From: Bacteroidales bacterium
Lineage (GTDB): Bacteria; Bacteroidota; Bacteroidia; Bacteroidales; UBA12077
NCBI GenBank assembly: GCA_034002805.1
Contig: JAVEZW010000001.1
Coordinates: 100-64,099 of the forward strand
Reading direction: 5' to 3'
DNA: 64,000 nt
Numbering within the stretch: position 1 is the stretch's first letter; the number at the start of each line of letters is the position of its first letter. The notes below the pieces were generated by a model. It saw only the letters and a program-made list of their open reading frames with translations. It ran no database searches and had not been told where the DNA came from. Made by a program: the position numbers and the translations under genes. Shown here one piece after another: positions 59,684 to 64,000 of this stretch.

Positions 59684-59836
59684 AGCAAAGAAATTACTGA
59701 CCGCTAGTTAAACCAGAAATCTGGATTTAAGTTTTTTCATAATCACAGCAAATTTGAAATGGAGATACTAATGGGCAAAATTCCCCCACTTTTTTATGCC
59801 AAGACCGTTGACAACAATTATTAAAAAAGCAAAAAC

Positions 59837-60913
59837 ATGATTAATGTTACATACTTTACTGGTGCTGGAGCAAGTTATCATAGTATACCACTTATCAAAA
59901 CAATGAATAAGAGAATGAAGGCTTTTAGCCAGTTTCTTAAGGATCAAAAAGAAAGTGGAAAATTGACTCATGATTTTGCCGAGAAATTTATTAATGAATT
60001 AGATGAGTTAATTGAAATTGAAAAAAACAGAACTTCAATTGATGCATATGCGCGCGAATTAGAATTAAGTGGTTCTGTTAAAAAACTTCTTCATCTAAAA
60101 ACGATTTTGACTAGTTATTTAATATTTGAGCAATTAAATAAGCCAAAAGATCTCGTTTTAAATTCAGGTGATTATAATTACAAAGGTATACCAAAGTCTC
60201 CAATTCCACTTGATACTGAATACCAGGAGATGATAAAAGTTCCTATTGACAAGAGATATATTACTTTTTGGGGAGAGCATTTAAAACCAAATAATGATAA
60301 ATTATCAAACAATATTAAAGTATTATCATGGAATTATGATATGCAATTTGAATTCTCTTATTCTCAAATAAAGAAATTCAGTTTAGAATTAACACAACAA
60401 AATTTACAGGTTTTCCCATCTGTGCTTAAAGATATTGATATTAAACAATCTTGTATTTTAAAGCTTAATGGAACTGCAGGTTTATTATATGATAATCATA
60501 CTAAAACTAAACTATTTAATCTATTTGATTATAGAGAACATTCACTTATGGAAAATCTAGATTATCTTATAGAACCATTTAAAGTTAATTTTGATCGCGC
60601 CTATATCGAACCTCTCTTAACATTTGCCTGGGAATCAAAAACACTTGTATTTAATACAAGAAAGTATGCAAAAGAAATAATACAAGATACTGATATTCTT
60701 GTAATAATTGGTTATTCCTTTCCTAGATTCAATCAAGATGTTGACAGAGAAATTTTCAAGGAAGTTCCTAAATTAAAAAAAATATATTATCAAGCAAAAG
60801 AAGATGAATTGCCTGAGCTCATAGAAAAACTTGATGGGATTAATAGTAAAATGGCTTCAATTACAAAAGGTGTAAAAAATTTAGATACATTTTATTATCC
60901 ATCTGAACTTTAA
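59837..60913 (+). CDS. SIR2-like (SIR2_2-type) domain protein
   Basis: N-terminal YFTGAGAS, SWNYDMQFE (T/S-NYD motif), LKLNGTAG where KLHG is usual, VIIGYSFPRFNQDVD. Confidence 0.45.
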   Translation: MINVTYFTGAGASYHSIPLIKTMNKRMKAFSQFLKDQKESGKLTHDFAEKFINELDELIEIEKNRTSIDAYARELELSGSVKKLLHLKTILTSYLIFEQLNKPKDLVLNSGDYNYKGIPKSPIPLDTEYQEMIKVPIDKRYITFWGEHLKPNNDKLSNNIKVLSWNYDMQFEFSYSQIKKFSLELTQQNLQVFPSVLKDIDIKQSCILKLNGTAGLLYDNHTKTKLFNLFDYREHSLMENLDYLIEPFKVNFDRAYIEPLLTFAWESKTLVFNTRKYAKEIIQDTDILVIIGYSFPRFNQDVDREIFKEVPKLKKIYYQAKEDELPELIEKLDGINSKMASITKGVKNLDTFYYPSEL

Positions 60914-61112
60914 GAATACTAAAAAAGAATAATTGTTGCCTAACACATGGTTAAGCCCACTTGAGCTAATTTGCTGATAGGAAAGTTTTTAGTAACTTAG
61001 TAAAAGTTTATTGTAAGATAAAGACGTTGCAGCTAACTCCCCAGAGTGCTCAATCACGGAGAACGCCGTCATGTTTTATCAGTGAAGGGAAAAAACTAAA
61101 TAAACTTAAAGA

Positions 61113-61916
61113 ATGGAAGATAATTTTATTTTCAAAAAAATCCCTCAATCTAGGATCGCCACATTTGATATTTTTTCAGTTGGATTATTGAAACATCATG
61201 TTAGTGCAATGCTCGAATTTGATGTTACTGAAATTAGGATGAAATTGCATGAGTTAAGGAAAGGTGGTATTAATATTTCATTTAATGCTTGGTTATTAAA
61301 AGCGATATGTAGCAATCTTCAAAAGCATCCTGAAGCATCAGCTTTTCTTTATAAGAAAAAGAAACTAATTCTTTTCAATGATATTAATATTTCAATTCTG
61401 GTCGAAAGGAAAATACATAATAAAAAAGTCCCAATTCCTTATGTTATTGAAAAAGCCAATCGTAAAACAGCTCTTGAAATTGCAAATGAAATAGAATCGG
61501 CCAAAAATCAAATATTGACAAACAATGATATAGTCATAAACAGAAAACCAAATATTACAGAACAATTGTACTACAAGATGCCTGGATTCATAAGAAGGGC
61601 CGTTTGGAAATTTATGCTTAGAAATCCAAAAATAGCTTATAAAAAAATGGGAAATGCTGTAGTTTCTTCAGTAGGTATGATGGGAAGAATAAATGGTTGG
61701 TTTATTCAGAAGTCAGTACATCCAATTTCCTTTGGTATAGGTTCTGTATTAAAAAAGGCAGTAGTAATCGAAAATGAAATTAAGATCAGAGATATATTGA
61801 ATATGACTATCCTGTTTGACCATGATGTTATAGACGGTGCTCCTATGGTAAGATTTTTAAACGACTTGACAAAAAGTCTTGAAACCGGAGAATTTATAAA
61901 TAGCACAAACAAATAA
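61113..61916 (+). CDS. 2-oxoacid dehydrogenase acyltransferase catalytic-domain protein (no lipoyl domain)
   Basis: Catalytic motif LFDHDVIDGAPMVRFLNDL (DHRxxDG type). Confidence 0.65.
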   Translation: MEDNFIFKKIPQSRIATFDIFSVGLLKHHVSAMLEFDVTEIRMKLHELRKGGINISFNAWLLKAICSNLQKHPEASAFLYKKKKLILFNDINISILVERKIHNKKVPIPYVIEKANRKTALEIANEIESAKNQILTNNDIVINRKPNITEQLYYKMPGFIRRAVWKFMLRNPKIAYKKMGNAVVSSVGMMGRINGWFIQKSVHPISFGIGSVLKKAVVIENEIKIRDILNMTILFDHDVIDGAPMVRFLNDLTKSLETGEFINSTNK

Positions 61917-62020
61917 TATCGTTTATAAATTATTATAAAAATGTGGAGATCAGAGACCACTTTAAAAACGGGGCAATAATTAAAAAAGCCATATGGGTTG
62001 TTTAATAAAAACATTGAAAA

Positions 62021-62551
62021 ATGAAAAACAAATCAATTTGTTTTGCTTTTATAATTCTTTTTGTTGTACAATTTTCATCATGTGAAAATGATGATAATCC
62101 AGTGCCAGACCCAATTGGTACTATTACTACAACTTTAGACTACACAGGAATTATAGTATATAGCGATTTAGCTGTCGATGCCCCATATTCCAATTATAAT
62201 TATATAAAATTAGTTATGGGAATGACACTTGCTAACTTAAATTCTGGTTTTAACACAATGGGTAGTCCAGATGGACAATATTGGGATTATATGGTTGGAT
62301 ATCAGAGTGGTGAATTAACAAATCTAGGTAAAGTGGAAGGACTCTGTTATGTTACAACAAAGCCAAGTAGTGGCTATACAAAAAACGGTACAATAGAAAA
62401 GGGAAATGGATATGTGGTGCGATCTAAAAAATATTTCATTAATACTACTGACGCACCCTATATCTATTATCGGTTTTTTGTTGAGGATTGGATTGTAAAT
62501 ACCAGTGGGGGTATTAATGGTGCAAAAATAAAAATTCAAGGGCCATTTTAG
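62021..62551 (+). CDS. lipoprotein, unknown function
   Basis: Lipobox FSSC followed by ENDD. Confidence 0.55.
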   Translation: MKNKSICFAFIILFVVQFSSCENDDNPVPDPIGTITTTLDYTGIIVYSDLAVDAPYSNYNYIKLVMGMTLANLNSGFNTMGSPDGQYWDYMVGYQSGELTNLGKVEGLCYVTTKPSSGYTKNGTIEKGNGYVVRSKKYFINTTDAPYIYYRFFVEDWIVNTSGGINGAKIKIQGPF

Positions 62552-62594
62552 ATAGAAATTGCTTTATATATCGCAAAATGTAGATTATATAAAA

Positions 62595-63872
62595 TTATCC
62601 AATACTTAGCTTAAAATAAGGGTGATCTGCAATTTTATAAGCGTTGTCTTCTTGTGAAATTCGGATATACTTTAAAAAGGATTTTTCAGTTCGATGTCCA
62701 GTAATCTTCATAATTGAAATTGTGGGTATTCCAGCCAAATAAAGGTTTGTAGCAAAACTTCTGCGAGCTGTATGCGTTGTAATAAGTTTAAATTTCTTAT
62801 ATTGCTTTGTAACTAATAATCCACCCTTTGTTATTTTAGATTCAACAATTTCATTTATGCCAGCAAGTTCGGCAATATCCTTAATATAATCGTTTAATTT
62901 TTGGTTAGTAATTACTCTTGGTATCTCATAATCATATTTTCTTAAAATACTTAATACAATGCTTTTTAAAGGAATTACAACCTTCTCACTTGTTTTTTCT
63001 GTATTTATTGTCAGAAAGGTACCTTTATCATTCTCATTAATTCTATCCTTTGTTATTTTGGAGAGATCAGAGAATCTTAATCCAGTATAGCATGCAAGTA
63101 TAAATAAATCTCTGGCTCTGTCGAATGATTTATTCTTATTTAAATCAAGGTTATACAAATTTGACAATTCATTTTCTGTTAAATATATTTTATCTACTAC
63201 TTCATAAATAATCTTGAACTTCTTCCTTTCAAATTCCGTATTTGAATGAAGCTTCTCCTCTTTGGCATTCTTCAGGATGGATTTCAGATTCTTGATGTGC
63301 TTACCAATTGTATTGGTAGCCGCTTTATTTCCTTGAAAATAATTAATAAAATCGTCATAGAAATCAATAGTGATATTATCAAAATCTAGCTTCTTATTTG
63401 TATTTTTTTGAAATTCTGTCAGGTGAAACTGAGTTGTTTTGTATCCCTTGATAGTCCATTCTTTATACTTAAGGCCTTTAGGTGTTAATCGCTTCCCATT
63501 TTCGCAATCCTTAATAAAACTTTCAAGGTAAGACATCAGAGTTACTGTTTCTTTTCTTTTTGTTCCTCTATTTAATCTTTTATCAAGCTCAAACTTTAGT
63601 TCATCCTTCGATATTGTTTTATGTTGATATTTAAAAGAAAATAACACTTGATCAAATTCATTTTGAATATCATCTAGTAATTTACTTATATTTTGTGTAG
63701 TTTTATTTTTCTTATCATAAATAGGCCTTTCGATTGATTCGTCCCATGCTTTTGGATTTATCTTCTCTCCTACTGAATATTTAAATCTTAATTTCTTATG
63801 ATTAAAGGTTAAAAAAATCAGTGTTTCTTTTTCAGCTTCCTTATCTTTTAAAATAAAATGTACAGCTCCCAT
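62595..63872 (-). CDS. tyrosine-type site-specific recombinase/integrase (Bacteroidota phage-integrase type)
   Basis: N-terminal arm-binding-like region, SAM-like core domain. Catalytic region HTARRSFATNLY...ITGHRTEKSFLKYIR (R...HxxR...Y). Confidence 0.85.
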   Translation of the reverse strand: MGAVHFILKDKEAEKETLIFLTFNHKKLRFKYSVGEKINPKAWDESIERPIYDKKNKTTQNISKLLDDIQNEFDQVLFSFKYQHKTISKDELKFELDKRLNRGTKRKETVTLMSYLESFIKDCENGKRLTPKGLKYKEWTIKGYKTTQFHLTEFQKNTNKKLDFDNITIDFYDDFINYFQGNKAATNTIGKHIKNLKSILKNAKEEKLHSNTEFERKKFKIIYEVVDKIYLTENELSNLYNLDLNKNKSFDRARDLFILACYTGLRFSDLSKITKDRINENDKGTFLTINTEKTSEKVVIPLKSIVLSILRKYDYEIPRVITNQKLNDYIKDIAELAGINEIVESKITKGGLLVTKQYKKFKLITTHTARRSFATNLYLAGIPTISIMKITGHRTEKSFLKYIRISQEDNAYKIADHPYFKLSIG

Positions 63873-64000
63873 AGTTTTTATTTTAGGGTGTAATTTTGGG
63901 TGTAAAAACTTTTTTCTTTTCTTAACTTTTCTTATTTTTACAATTACAAATATATTAATTATAAAGACATAAATAATCTGATATTGAAAAAATTAGTAAA

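Noticed and set aside
59768-59971. 67-aa minus-strand ORF across the SIR2-like gene start
   Set aside because: It is antisense to a better-supported gene and has no motif.
60936-60947. 12-nt match (gcctaacacatg) to a conserved 16S rRNA segment
   Set aside because: The flanking sequence does not continue the 16S consensus. A 12-mer match is expected by chance.
61706-62014. 102-aa minus-strand ORF overlapping the acyltransferase gene end
   Set aside because: It is antisense to a gene carrying the DHxxDG catalytic motif, and its composition is low-complexity.
1-64000. Search for CRISPR arrays, rRNA and tRNA genes
   Set aside because: I saw no regularly spaced direct repeats, no rRNA-like GC-rich conserved stretches, and no cloverleaf-compatible 70-90-nt GC-enriched segments in the intergenic regions. 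This was by-eye inspection only; tRNAscan-SE and Rfam should confirm it.

Overview
Visibly AT-rich segment, probably Bacteroidota: it has a T9SS C-terminal sorting domain, many SpII/SpI signal peptides and a GG-Bacteroidales type RiPP locus. All calls come from reading motifs in the supplied ORF translations and the DNA; no similarity search was possible. Layout: (1) 0.4-13.6 kb is a minus-strand defence island. It holds type I R-M hsdM-hsdS followed by an OLD-family ATPase/Toprim gene (no hsdR in the window), an agmatine-deiminase-fold enzyme with an extra C-terminal domain, Gabija gajA-gajB, an unassigned 83-aa + PD-(D/E)xK-like gene pair, and hipBA. (2) 14-40.8 kb carries about 30 further minus-strand accessory or housekeeping genes: three GNATs, a CPBP protease, an MBL-fold hydrolase, ApbE, alpha/beta and beta-lactamase-family hydrolases, an S41 peptidase, secreted proteins of unknown function, panE and a Crp/Fnr regulator. 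It also contains a frameshifted ydeI-like gene and a Crp-family gene remnant. (3) Gene orientation switches completely at about 41 kb, and the rest is a plus-strand block. That block holds a GIY-YIG protein, a 1.2-kb non-coding gap, a radical-SAM RiPP cluster (HTH, GG-leader precursor, rSAM/SPASM, pseudo-rSAM, FtsX permease) and a Kiwa-like pair (4-TM protein + 315-aa protein). Next comes a tightly coupled operon I cannot assign to any named system: a 1048-aa SF2 helicase, a GHKL-like ATPase, a PRTase-like protein, a metallophosphoesterase-PRTase fusion and ThyX. The block ends with an hsdM 5' remnant, a SIR2-like gene, two further genes and a tyrosine integrase. The helicase/PRTase/ThyX operon (51.5-59.3 kb) is my best candidate for an undescribed system. 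The 10.45-11.46 kb gene pair and the RiPP cluster are secondary candidates. I saw no rRNA, tRNA or CRISPR array.
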